The position numbers and the translations under genes are program-made. Of a DNA stretch of 64,000 bases, positions 49,610-58,786 are shown one piece after another. The notes under the pieces were generated by a model that saw only the letters and a list, made by a program, of their open reading frames with translations, was not told the origin of the DNA and ran no database searches. The number at the start of each line of letters is the position of its first letter. The first letter of the stretch is position 1. This DNA comes from Verrucomicrobiia bacterium (GTDB lineage: Bacteria; Verrucomicrobiota; Verrucomicrobiia; Limisphaerales; UBA1319), in assembly GCA_963664225.1 (NCBI GenBank), contig OY760937.1, forward strand, positions 4,960,001 through 5,024,000. The letters are read 5' to 3'.

Positions 49610-50242
49610 GTGTCAGGCGCCAGCGGCGATACGGCCACGAAACCCGTACCAATAAAGCCAGATGCATCCGGGGTTTCTGACGAGATGGAATTCGTCAAAA
49701 AGGCCCGGGAGGGTGAACTTTCGGCATTCGACGAGTTGGTTCGTCGCTATCAGGAACGGATCTACGCGACGGTTTTCCATATGACGTCCAACCACGAGGA
49801 CGCCAATGATTTAACTCAGGAAACCTTCATCAAGGCGCATCAGGCGCTCAAATCCTTCAAGGGGGATTCGAGCTTTTTCACCTGGATTTACCGGATTGCG
49901 GTCAATAAAACGATCAATTTGCTCAAGCAGCGGAAGAACCGTATTCATATCAGCCTCAACGATATGGATTTCAACGCGGAAAACGATCCGGAACTCGTTT
50001 CGCTTGTTTCGAATAAGACCCCGAGGCGGGATCTGAACCTTTCCGAATTGCAGGAGAAATTGAACACGGCCATGCTGACGTTGTCAGAGGATCATAGACT
50101 GGTGGTCACCCTGCATGATATTCAGGGGTTGTCGCACGAGGAAATCGGCAAGATTATGGATTGCAATGTGGGAACGGTGCGTTCCCGATTGTTTTATGCG
50201 CGGCAGCAGTTGCAGGCGCAGTTGTCCGATTATATGAAATGA
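49610..50242 (+). CDS. ECF RNA polymerase sigma factor (RpoE-like)
   Basis: AFDELVRRYQ, DLTQETFIKA, FFTWIYRIAVN, GTVRSRLFYAR. Confidence 0.93.
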   Translation: MSGASGDTATKPVPIKPDASGVSDEMEFVKKAREGELSAFDELVRRYQERIYATVFHMTSNHEDANDLTQETFIKAHQALKSFKGDSSFFTWIYRIAVNKTINLLKQRKNRIHISLNDMDFNAENDPELVSLVSNKTPRRDLNLSELQEKLNTAMLTLSEDHRLVVTLHDIQGLSHEEIGKIMDCNVGTVRSRLFYARQQLQAQLSDYMK

Positions 50243-50248
50243 ATTGGC

Positions 50249-50737
50249 ATGCAGTCATCGAACGATCAATTTGACAGTTTACGCAAGTTGTTGACTTGTA
50301 AGAATGTGGAGCAGCCCGCGCCGGATTATTTTGAGGAGTTGCCTACGCTGGTGCGCGAGCGCATTGAGTCGATGCCGCCTCCTCCGCCGCCCAATGCGAT
50401 TGAGCGGGTGATGGCGATTTTTGAGTTTCGGCCTGTGTTAGCGGTTGCGTATGGGGTGGTGATCTGCGGCGGGGTTTTTGTTGGGCTACGGTTTTCCGAG
50501 ACGTTGCGGCGGTATCCTTTGCCCAGGCCCGAGGCTCGGGATTGGGTTGAGCCGCTGCCACTTGCATTGCAGACGCAAGTTTGGACTGGGGATGATAGTC
50601 AGGCTCGAGGGATGACGGCGCCTGCCGTCACCAGGTCCACTTTTCATGAATCGGGCATGGGGGTAATGGCAAGTGGTCCGTTATTCGTCGCTCATGGGTC
50701 GAATTCGGACTTTCAAAAGGTTAGTTTTCAACGTTAA
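50249..50737 (+). CDS. Putative membrane anti-sigma factor
   Basis: Lies immediately after the ECF sigma gene; one hydrophobic segment after a Pro-rich linker. Confidence 0.6.
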   Translation: MQSSNDQFDSLRKLLTCKNVEQPAPDYFEELPTLVRERIESMPPPPPPNAIERVMAIFEFRPVLAVAYGVVICGGVFVGLRFSETLRRYPLPRPEARDWVEPLPLALQTQVWTGDDSQARGMTAPAVTRSTFHESGMGVMASGPLFVAHGSNSDFQKVSFQR

Positions 50738-50885
50738 GGGTTGGCTGCCAGAGGCATCCGATGTTTCCGGCGGGGAGTCCCAACACGGGTTTCGATTTTC
50801 GCAACCGCTTCAAGTCATCGACCGGGAGGGTGTGTCTTTTTGCGTTCAACCGGTTGACTTTGGGTTGCCACGGTTGACTGCGATT

Positions 50886-51929
50886 TTATTTTTTCACGAA
50901 GACGATTCCGGCGTCGTCGCGGAGTTTTTTGAGGTAGTCGGGAAGTTTTTTCTGGGCTTCCTGGGTGGACAAATAGGATTCGATATCTTTTTTGGCTTCA
51001 TCGAAGGGAGTTTTGCGGGCCGGTAATTTTTCCGTCACCTTGATGATGTGAAAGCCAAATTTGGTGGAGACGAGGTCGCTGATTTTATTGGGTTCGAGGG
51101 AGAAGGCGGCGGCGTCGAATTCAGGAACCATGCGACCGCGGGCGAAGGTGCCCAGGTCCCCGCCTTGATCGCGTGAATTGGGATCGTCTGAGAATTCTTT
51201 GGCCAGGGCGGCGAAGTCTTCGCCTGCCTTGGCGCGGGTGAGCACTTTGTCGGCTTGTTTGCGTTTTTCGTCCAATTGTTTGTCGGTATAGGGCTGCTGG
51301 GTGAGCGCATCGCGGGTGAGGAGGAGGATGTGGCTGGCTTTGATGCGTTCGGGCAGGTCGAACTGGGCGGTGTGGTCGTCGTAGAATTTTTTTATGTCTT
51401 CGTCCGGGATTTTTATGGTGGATTTGACTTCGCGGTCGATGACTTCGCGAAACAGGTTTTCCTCTTCCATGCGGGCGCGGAATTCTGCGGGGGCCATTCC
51501 CAGGGCAACGAGTTGACGGTTGAAGGCGTCTTCGGAGGGCCAGCGTTTGCGATATTCGTCAAATGATTTCGCGGCGGCCTCTTTGGCTTTGGCTTTGTCG
51601 TCCGCAGTGGCTTTGGCTGAGAGGAGTTTGACGTTGACGAGGCGTTCGAGGACCTGGCGTTCGACTTCGTCGCGTTTGGCTTCGGGTATGCCCTGGCCCT
51701 GGGCGGCGAGGCTGGCTTTCAATTCGGTGAAGGCTTTTTCGACCTGGCTGCTCTTGATTTGAAAGTCCTTCCCCCTGGCGAGGATTTCGTCCGCAAATAA
51801 TTCGACGCTGCTCACGGCGGTGGATTTGCCCGCCACTGTGGGGGTTTCCGCCGCTTGAAGAACGGTTCCGGCAACTGCAAGTTCCAAAATCAATCCGCAC
51901 ATGGCGGCTCTGCGCATACTCATGATCAT
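50886..51929 (-). CDS. Parvulin-type peptidyl-prolyl isomerase (PrsA/SurA-like)
   Basis: ASHILL, DFAALAKEFSDD..GGDLG, MVPEFD, TKFGFHII. The signal peptide suggests a start near 51929-51917 rather than 52184. Confidence 0.92.
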   Translation of the reverse strand: MIMSMRRAAMCGLILELAVAGTVLQAAETPTVAGKSTAVSSVELFADEILARGKDFQIKSSQVEKAFTELKASLAAQGQGIPEAKRDEVERQVLERLVNVKLLSAKATADDKAKAKEAAAKSFDEYRKRWPSEDAFNRQLVALGMAPAEFRARMEEENLFREVIDREVKSTIKIPDEDIKKFYDDHTAQFDLPERIKASHILLLTRDALTQQPYTDKQLDEKRKQADKVLTRAKAGEDFAALAKEFSDDPNSRDQGGDLGTFARGRMVPEFDAAAFSLEPNKISDLVSTKFGFHIIKVTEKLPARKTPFDEAKKDIESYLSTQEAQKKLPDYLKKLRDDAGIVFVKK

Positions 51930-52037
51930 AATCAGGGAAACATTAAGAGTCCGAGGCAATCGGCTGTCCAGCGCAATCCTGCCGCAAGGCAGGACAAGAA
52001 GGCAAACGAACATGGATGGATGAGCAGGATGGGGGCT

Positions 52038-52066
52038 GGATAATTGATAATTAACAATGGACAATG
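52038..52066. repeat. Degenerate 7-mer tandem repeat (consensus about TGACAAT)
   Basis: ggataat tgataat taacaat ggacaat g. Confidence 0.6.
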
Positions 52067-52098
52067 CGCCGGAGTTAAGGAGCGAGACAATAATGGCA

Positions 52099-52404
52099 TT
52101 GAAACACATAATGAAAACATACATGGATGGACAGGATGAACGGGATGGGGAGTGGATAAGGAGGGGAGAACCGCTAATTGGCACTGATAAACGCTAATAC
52201 GGATGGGAAAACAGGAACTTCAGTGCTTCGGTGCCAAGGAGGGAGACAAAGTTGTCTTTGAAACACATAATGAAAACATACATGGATGGACAGGATGAAC
52301 GGGATGGGGAGTGGATAAGGAGGGGAGAACCGCTAATTGGCACTGATAAACGCTAATACGGATGGGAAAACAGGAACTTCAGTGCTTCGGTGTCAAGGAG
52401 CGAG
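52099..52404. repeat. 159-bp intergenic tandem repeat (two near-identical copies); a third partial copy continues at 53685-53742 beyond the IS
   Basis: TTGAAACACATAATGAAAACATACATGGATGGACAGGATGAAC... at 52099 and 52258, and again near 53700. Confidence 0.93.
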
Positions 52405-52446
52405 TGGGCTTGCTTCGATAAATCGGACACAGAAGACACATATAGG

Positions 52447-53289
52447 TTATTTGGATATATTTTCAAAGTCAACAGGAGACATGTAATTGAGTGTGCTGTG
52501 TAAACGCTGTCGATTATAGAAGGTCTCGATGTAATCAAAGATGGCCTGTCGGGCCTGGGCTCGGGTCGCAAAGACCCGGCGATAAACCAGTTCTTGTTTA
52601 AGGGTGCTCCAAAAGGATTCCATGGCCGCGTTGTCATAGCAGTTGCCACTGCGGCTCATGCTCGCCAGGGCACCGGAGGTTTCCATCGCCCGGCGATAAT
52701 CCTGACTGGCATACTGGACTCCCCGATCTGAATGAAAGAGCAATCCGGGTTCGGGTTGTCGCTGAATGCAGGCCATGTTCCAGGCCGCCAGAACCAGTTC
52801 GGCGTCAATATGTTCGCTCATGCTCCAACCCACGATGCGGCGGCTGTAGAGGTCTTCAATTCCCGCCAGATAGAGCCAGCCTTCATCGGTGGCAATGTAG
52901 GTGATGTCCCCGACCCAAGTCTGATTGCGTTGGTCCGGTGGCGCGGCTTGAGCCAGCCGGTTGGGGGCAATGGGCTGATCATGATTGCTGTCGGTGGTTC
53001 GGACCTTGAAACGCTTTTTAGAACGCGCCTGCAGGCCTTCCTGGCGCATTAAACGGGCGATGTGGTTGCGACCATGGCAGTGCCCCTGGTGCTTCAAGGC
53101 GATCTGGATGCGCGGGCTGCCATAGGTTTTGCGGCTGCCATTGAAAATCGTTGTGATGGTCCCTTTCAATACGGCGTCCTGACGGGCACGCAACGAAGGC
53201 TGGATTTGCCGTCGGCACCAATCATAGTAGCCGCTAAAAGACACATCAAAGGCCTCACAGAGCAGGCGGATGGGATGATCGACTTTCAT
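52447..53289 (-). CDS. IS3 transposase OrfB (rve/DDE integrase core)
   Basis: WVGDITYI, FHSDRGVQY, NCYDNAAMESF, YNRQRLHSTL. Confidence 0.96.
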   Translation of the reverse strand: MKVDHPIRLLCEAFDVSFSGYYDWCRRQIQPSLRARQDAVLKGTITTIFNGSRKTYGSPRIQIALKHQGHCHGRNHIARLMRQEGLQARSKKRFKVRTTDSNHDQPIAPNRLAQAAPPDQRNQTWVGDITYIATDEGWLYLAGIEDLYSRRIVGWSMSEHIDAELVLAAWNMACIQRQPEPGLLFHSDRGVQYASQDYRRAMETSGALASMSRSGNCYDNAAMESFWSTLKQELVYRRVFATRAQARQAIFDYIETFYNRQRLHSTLNYMSPVDFENISK

Positions 53290-53639
53290 CGCTTCAACCC
53301 GTTGATAGCGTTGCTCTGGGGGTCCGAAAGAATTCCCAACGTTTTTTTTAGAATCTCCCGCTGCTGGCGCACATAGTCCAGTTCGCGCAACAAAGCGGCA
53401 TTGTCGGCCAGCAACTGCTCACGGGTCTTTGTTTCGGCTCCTTCCCCTGTTGGCAGCGGCACATATTTTGCGCGCCAGGCATAGAGCCGCTCCATTTTTA
53501 TCCCCAACTCAGCCGCCACCGTGGCTGCCGATTTCCCGCTGGATTTCCAGAGGTTCACGGCTTCCTGCTTAAATGCAGAATCATACTTCGGATGAGTCTT
53601 GGAATCGGGAATCACAGATTGCTTCATACGGTTTTTCAT
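53286..53639 (-). CDS. IS3 transposase OrfA (HTH)
   Basis: KYDSAFKQEAV..VAAELGI..QREILKKT. A8C slippery site at 53341-53349 (minus strand). Confidence 0.93.
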   Translation of the reverse strand: MKNRMKQSVIPDSKTHPKYDSAFKQEAVNLWKSSGKSAATVAAELGIKMERLYAWRAKYVPLPTGEGAETKTREQLLADNAALLRELDYVRQQREILKKTLGILSDPQSNAINGLKR

Positions 53640-53824
53640 TAAGTTTCGCTCCGCTCCTGTGTCCGTCAAATCGGGGCAACCTCAGAGATAAAGTTGTCGT
53701 TGAAACACATAATGAAAATATACATGGATGGATAGGATGAACAGAATAATGTGAGGCAATAATCCCCTCATTGTTCCATTGCGTCACGGCGTGGCATTGC
53801 CCAGCAATTGCTTTCGTGCCAGAA

Positions 53825-53888
53825 GCATGTGAAATAATCACACATTTATGTTGACGTGAAAATCGATATGTGTGAATATATCACACAT
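53825..53888 (+). promoter_or_regulatory. blaI-like promoter with two palindromic operator candidates
   Basis: Perfect ATGTGTGA-atata-TCACACAT (53868-53888) and imperfect GCATGTGA-aataa-TCACACAT (53825-53845) flanking -35 TTGACG (53851). Confidence 0.7.
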
Positions 53889-54258
53889 GCGAACGAATTC
53901 TCTCAATCAAAACGAGCTGGAGGCGTTGAGAATCCTTTGGGAGGGGGGCGATTTGAAACCGGCTGAAGTCCAGAGCCGTTTTTCGTGGCCGATTGAAAAT
54001 GCTACCCTGCGATCGGTTCTTGTCAACCTGGTGGAAAAAGGCCACATTACCCGGAAGCTCCAGGGAAAGGCATTTTTTTATGGCGCGTGCGTCAAAAAGA
54101 AGACTCTGCTCCAAGACATGATCCAGACGATGGCACGGGTTTTTGCCGGAGGTTCGAGCCAGGAACTGGTGGCGCAATTGGTGGAGACCGGGGACATCAA
54201 GCCGGAGGATCTGGAGTTGATCCGACGCACCGCATCGCAAAAGGGGAAAAGGAAATAA
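53887..54258 (+). CDS. BlaI/MecI/CopY-family transcriptional repressor
   Basis: LNQNELEALRILW..TLRSVLVNLVEKG..R...GKAFFY, FAGGS..LVAQLV; directly upstream of an M56 gene. Confidence 0.9.
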   Translation: MRTNSLNQNELEALRILWEGGDLKPAEVQSRFSWPIENATLRSVLVNLVEKGHITRKLQGKAFFYGACVKKKTLLQDMIQTMARVFAGGSSQELVAQLVETGDIKPEDLELIRRTASQKGKRK

Positions 54259-54260
54259 TT

Positions 54261-57200
54261 ATGAAAGTATTGTTCGAACTTACCCAATCGCCGGTTCTTG
54301 AGATTCTCCTGAAGTGGACGGTGCTGCTCGCGCTGGGATGGGCGGCGCATGGGCTGCTTCTATCCAAAGATGCCCGCTGGCGACTGATTCTGTGGCGCGG
54401 CATTTTCTGCTTCGGGCTTGCGCTGCCCATCGTGCAGTTGTTTCCGGTGTCCGTGGTCCAAATCCCCATTCATGATTATGCGGATAATGCCCCGGTAACA
54501 TCGGCGGCAGGTTCGAGGGGTGCGGCGCGTGACACGATGGAGGTTGGGAAAGAGCGACCGATTATGGCGACAGTTTCTACAAAAGTTGGAACGACTCTGG
54601 ATACTGAGGTCCGTCCAGTTGCCAAAGTTGCCGCAACGATTCCATGGCGGACCATTCTTATCACGATTTGGGCCGTGGGCGGCATTTGCGGGGCGATTCG
54701 GCTGGTGCGATGGATGGTCCAGCTTTCTGTGTTGAAGAGGAATGCCAGGCCGGCTGGCGCGGTAATTACAGAGCTGGCGAGTGAAATATTGCAGCGGTTG
54801 CGGGTCAGGCGAGCCGCCCAGGTGTTGGTATCCGATTCAGCCGTGTCACCGTTTGTTTTCGGAGTGTTCAAGCCCACAATCATGCTTCCCGGCAAACTGG
54901 TGGAGAGCCTTTCTCAAGCAGAGGCAGCAGCTTTATTGGGCCACGAAATCGCGCATCTGAGGCAGAACGATTTATTCTGGTGTGTCGGTTGGCGGTGGAT
55001 GAAGGCTGTGTTTTGGTTTCACCCGTTGGTTTGGAAGATTCCAGCCGCCCACAATCTCGCGTGCGAAGAGGAGGCGGACCGCATGGCGTCCTGCCAGATG
55101 GGAGAACTCGCTTCGTATCCGCGCATACTGGCCCAACTCGCGCTGCGCGTGCTGGACATTCCCAAGGTGGAAACGCAACTCACTGCGAACGGCACTGCAC
55201 AGATCACGCAGCGGCTGCGCCACCTGGGGTTGAATTTGGGCACATGGAAACGAAACCACACCTATGCGGCGTGCGGCATGGTGCTGGCCTTGGTCCTAGT
55301 TTCAGCGGGGTGCAAGTTTACCCAAAACAAGGACGGGGAAAAGGCTGGGAAAAATGTTGCAACCATTGTGCCGGTTACGGGCGCAAACGGGAATACATTC
55401 AAATGGTCTGGCAAGATTATTGACGCAACTGGTAAGCCCGTGGCGGGAGCCACGGTTGAGCATTGGCGCCATGAGGGAGCTTTGTACCTGCCGCACGATC
55501 CGGAATTGAAAAAGCAAACAATGACCGGTGCCGATGGCACGTTTGAATTTCAAGTGTCACACGAATATGGATTTCTGTTGGCTCGAAAGACTGGCATGGC
55601 TCCAGCGTGGCAACTGTTGAGCTACAAGAAGGATTCGGTTCCTGCGACGAAACAAACAATGGTTATGACTCTGCCGGGGACCTTGGCTGGCACGGTGGTA
55701 GACGAATCAAATAAACCAGTCACGAATACCGAAGTTTTCGTGGAGGCGGCTTTTCCTGATACTGCCGGGGTGGATGACAATCGACCTGACAATTATCTCG
55801 AGGGGAAACTGGCACATGATTGCTTTTCCGCTCTCACTGATGCCGCCGGGCGTTTCCGCATCGAGAATTTTCCGACCAACGCCATCGCTGGTTTAGCGAT
55901 CAAGCTCCCTGGCAAAGCTCTGCACCCTGGACCGTTCGAGTTTGCCAATCCCAACACGGCGCGCTACCGCGCAGGTCAAAAAGACATTCAACTGAGAGTG
56001 GAAGAGGTCAGCAGTATCGAAGGCAAAGTCATCTGGGGGGAAACCAATCAAACGTTGCCATTAGTTCTGCTTCAATTACAAGCTGTTGCCTCGCATTATT
56101 TCGCTACAGACGGGCTTCTGCCAGTGCAAGCCAATTCGGACAACACGTTTCGCATTAACGATGTATCTGCCGGTGCTTACCACCTTCAGGCAACGTTTGG
56201 CACCAACGCGACTTCGGATTGGGTCGCGGAACAAGTTACAGTTTCAGTAAAGGCGGGGCAGACAAATCGCGGGTTGGAGGTGATCGCAACACATGGGGGT
56301 ATGCTGGAAGTGGTGGTGCTGGGAAAGAAGGACCACAAACCGCAGTCAGAATTCCACGTCAACGCTTACAAACACAGTTACCAATCCGATGCCACGACCG
56401 ACAGCAACGGTATCGCACGGTTGCGATTAAGTCCGGGTGATTATCAGGTCAGCGCAAACCATCAAACCAACGCAGGGTATCAGCGTTCCGCCAAAGTGGA
56501 GACTGGCAGGACGAATCGCATCGAGATTGAAGTCACGCATCCGAACAAAATCAGCGGAATCGTTCGAATGCCGGACGGCAAACCTGCGGCTGGTGTGGCG
56601 GTGAGAATTATAGGTGGCGAGAATCCCGGGGCACGCGATTTAAAAACGGACGCAAACGGCAAGTTTGAACAGGTCATGAACAAACGAAAGTTTGGATTAA
56701 GTGAAGTCAAGATGTACCTGTTTGTCCGGGACGTGGAGCACAATCTGGCTGTGGCGCAGGAAATTGAGGAGGACAGTGGTCCGTTTGACCTGAAATTGGC
56801 TCCGGCGATGACGTTGGCAGGCCGTGCTGAATCTGGTGGCAGCCTCATACCCAACGTGACCGCCAAGCTAGTGTTTTGGACAGATCAAAACGGTGTGTTT
56901 TTGGAGGGCGTGGCACGGACTAATACTCCAGGGCGATATGAAATCCCCGCGCTTCCACCCGGTGGAAAATACGGCGTGGTGGTCGCGGCACCGGGATATG
57001 GAGAAAAGCATGTTCCCGAGTTTAAGGCGGCCACAAAGGCCATTCGCCAAGAATTGGAAACAGTAGAACTAAAGCCAGCCAATTTAAGACTCGCCGGCCA
57101 GGTTCTCGATGCGGACGACAAGCCGGTTGCGAACTTTTCTGTGAACCTTTCTGGAAGAGAACAACCCTTTACCAGAGTGCGCACAGATCGTGAAGGACGA

Positions 57201-57326
57201 TTCAACTTTGAACATACCTGCGAAGGATTTGCTCTGCTCACAGCTTATTTCAATAACTCCGGTGGCTCTATTGAGGCCAAAGGGGGCGAAACGAAAGTGG
57301 TTTTAAGGGTGAAACCCATGCCTTGA
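54261..57326 (+). CDS. BlaR1-like M56 metallopeptidase fused to repeated carboxypeptidase-regulatory-like beta-sandwich domains
   Basis: TM segments, SPFVFGVFKP, HEIAH, FWFHPLVW..ACEEEAD; repeated G.V.D..GKPV..A / TD..G.F units. Confidence 0.9.
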   Translation: MKVLFELTQSPVLEILLKWTVLLALGWAAHGLLLSKDARWRLILWRGIFCFGLALPIVQLFPVSVVQIPIHDYADNAPVTSAAGSRGAARDTMEVGKERPIMATVSTKVGTTLDTEVRPVAKVAATIPWRTILITIWAVGGICGAIRLVRWMVQLSVLKRNARPAGAVITELASEILQRLRVRRAAQVLVSDSAVSPFVFGVFKPTIMLPGKLVESLSQAEAAALLGHEIAHLRQNDLFWCVGWRWMKAVFWFHPLVWKIPAAHNLACEEEADRMASCQMGELASYPRILAQLALRVLDIPKVETQLTANGTAQITQRLRHLGLNLGTWKRNHTYAACGMVLALVLVSAGCKFTQNKDGEKAGKNVATIVPVTGANGNTFKWSGKIIDATGKPVAGATVEHWRHEGALYLPHDPELKKQTMTGADGTFEFQVSHEYGFLLARKTGMAPAWQLLSYKKDSVPATKQTMVMTLPGTLAGTVVDESNKPVTNTEVFVEAAFPDTAGVDDNRPDNYLEGKLAHDCFSALTDAAGRFRIENFPTNAIAGLAIKLPGKALHPGPFEFANPNTARYRAGQKDIQLRVEEVSSIEGKVIWGETNQTLPLVLLQLQAVASHYFATDGLLPVQANSDNTFRINDVSAGAYHLQATFGTNATSDWVAEQVTVSVKAGQTNRGLEVIATHGGMLEVVVLGKKDHKPQSEFHVNAYKHSYQSDATTDSNGIARLRLSPGDYQVSANHQTNAGYQRSAKVETGRTNRIEIEVTHPNKISGIVRMPDGKPAAGVAVRIIGGENPGARDLKTDANGKFEQVMNKRKFGLSEVKMYLFVRDVEHNLAVAQEIEEDSGPFDLKLAPAMTLAGRAESGGSLIPNVTAKLVFWTDQNGVFLEGVARTNTPGRYEIPALPPGGKYGVVVAAPGYGEKHVPEFKAATKAIRQELETVELKPANLRLAGQVLDADDKPVANFSVNLSGREQPFTRVRTDREGRFNFEHTCEGFALLTAYFNNSGGSIEAKGGETKVVLRVKPMP

Positions 57327-57468
57327 TATTGTGTTGATCGACTGAACGGTTCGCCCGTTCAGGGGGTGCTGGCTCCAATCACTGAAGCGGGCAGCAGGGG
57401 TTTGCCAAAGAACGGTTCGGTTATGGGCTCATGTGTACCATTAAAAGGTGAGGGGAATGCGGCAGGAT

Positions 57469-57500
57469 GGATAATGGACAATTGACAATTGACAATTGAC
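57469..57500. repeat. 7-mer tandem repeat (TGACAAT)n
   Basis: ggataat ggacaat tgacaat tgacaat tgac. Confidence 0.75.
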
Positions 57501-57533
57501 CGACTGGTCCCGTCCTAAAATAGGTTGTCACTA

Positions 57534-57911
57534 ATGAGACAACAAAACAGTGTTCGAAGGGTGGGGATAAGGTACAGTGAGTCGTTTAAAATGGCTGTGG
57601 TTCGGGAGCTGGAAGAGGGCGAAATGTCCTTTGAGGCGATGCGGCGAAAGTACGGCATAAAGGGCACGGGCACCGTCCAAAAGTGGACTCGCAAGTACGG
57701 CAGGGGCGATTTAGGAAAGGTCATACGCGTGGAAACACCTAAAGAATTCAATGAACGGGATCAAATGAAGAAGCGAATCAAGGCTTTGGAGAAAGCGTTG
57801 GCCGATGCGCACATCGATCTGGCGATCGAGCGTGCCACCATCCAAGTGGCCTGCGAACGGGCGGGGATTAAGGATGTGGCGGAGTTCAAAAAAAAAGTGG
57901 CTGGGAAATAG
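57534..57911 (+). CDS. IS3 transposase OrfA
   Basis: RYSESFKMAVVRE..YGIKG..TVQKW.RKYG HTH; ends FKKK at the slippery site. Confidence 0.9.
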   Translation: MRQQNSVRRVGIRYSESFKMAVVRELEEGEMSFEAMRRKYGIKGTGTVQKWTRKYGRGDLGKVIRVETPKEFNERDQMKKRIKALEKALADAHIDLAIERATIQVACERAGIKDVAEFKKKVAGK

Positions 57912-57949
57912 CCCATTGTGCGGTCAGGGGAGGTTCGGCGGATCAGGAG

Positions 57950-58786
57950 GTGCCGGTCAAAGGGGTGTGTCGCCGACTGGGGATGAGCCGCCAGAACTTC
58001 TATGCGGGGCGCACGCGGCGGATGCGCAAGAAAGTGGAGGGCGACCTTGTGGCGGATTTAGTGCGTCAGGAGCGCAGGAAGCATCCACGGATCGGGGCGC
58101 GAAAGCTCCACAGGACGATCAAGCCAGCCCTGGAAAAGGCCGGAGTAAAAATGGGGCGGGACCGCCTGTTTGAAGAGTTGCGAGAGCGGGATTTGCTGGT
58201 GCCGCCGCTGCCCCGGCAATGGCCCCAGACAACCCATTACAATCCCAGTTTGCCGGTGTTTCACAATGAGATCAAGGAACGGGAGGTGAAGCGGGCCAAT
58301 GAGGTTTGGGTGGCGGATATGACCTATGTGCGGACCGACGAGGGTTTTTTATATGTGTCGCTGATCACGGATAAGTATTCGCGCAAGATCGTGGGTTTCC
58401 ATGCCGATGAGACGCTGGAAACCAGGGGGACGCTTGAGGCGTTGGAGATGGCGCTGGCGGCACTGCCCAGGGGATTCAATCCGATCCATCATTCGGATCG
58501 TGGCTGTCAGTATGCCAGTCATGAGTATGTGGATCGGTTGAAGTTGGGCGGCCTGTCCATCAGCATGACGGAGGAGGATCATTGCGCGGAGAATGCGATG
58601 GCCGAACGGGTCAACGGCATCCTAAAGCAGGAGTATGGCATAGGGTATGGATTTAAGACCAAGGCGCTGGCGCGCAAAGTAATCAGTCAGGCTGTCAATC
58701 TCTACAATACGCGCCGATTGCATACGGCATTGAATTACCAGGTGCCCGAGGCCGTTCACATCCGGGGAACCGTCGAGTATAACTAA
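57950..58786 (+). CDS. IS3 transposase OrfB (in the -1 frame to OrfA, open from the slippery site)
   Basis: WVADMTY, HHSDRGCQY, ENAMAERVNGILKQE, YNTRRLHTAL. Confidence 0.95.
   Translation: MPVKGVCRRLGMSRQNFYAGRTRRMRKKVEGDLVADLVRQERRKHPRIGARKLHRTIKPALEKAGVKMGRDRLFEELRERDLLVPPLPRQWPQTTHYNPSLPVFHNEIKEREVKRANEVWVADMTYVRTDEGFLYVSLITDKYSRKIVGFHADETLETRGTLEALEMALAALPRGFNPIHHSDRGCQYASHEYVDRLKLGGLSISMTEEDHCAENAMAERVNGILKQEYGIGYGFKTKALARKVISQAVNLYNTRRLHTALNYQVPEAVHIRGTVEYN

Larger units (their letters stand above)
52405..53684 (-). mobile_element. Complete IS3-family insertion sequence with 3-bp target duplication GAG
   Basis: TG...CA ends. Imperfect 28-bp IRs TGGGCTTGCTTCGATAAATCGGACACAG / TGAGGTTGCCCCGATTTGACGGACACAG. 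GAG at 52402-52404 and 53685-53687. Confidence 0.95.

Noticed and set aside
51930..52184. N-terminal extension of the PPIase ORF
   Set aside because: It runs through non-coding repeats; the signal peptide begins near 51929-51917.
52099..52404. CRISPR or iteron array
   Set aside because: Whole 159-bp units repeat with no variable spacers, and no cas or rep gene is present.
54087..54260. N-terminal extension of the M56 ORF
   Set aside because: It overlaps blaI; ATG 54261, two bases after the blaI stop, is the plausible start.
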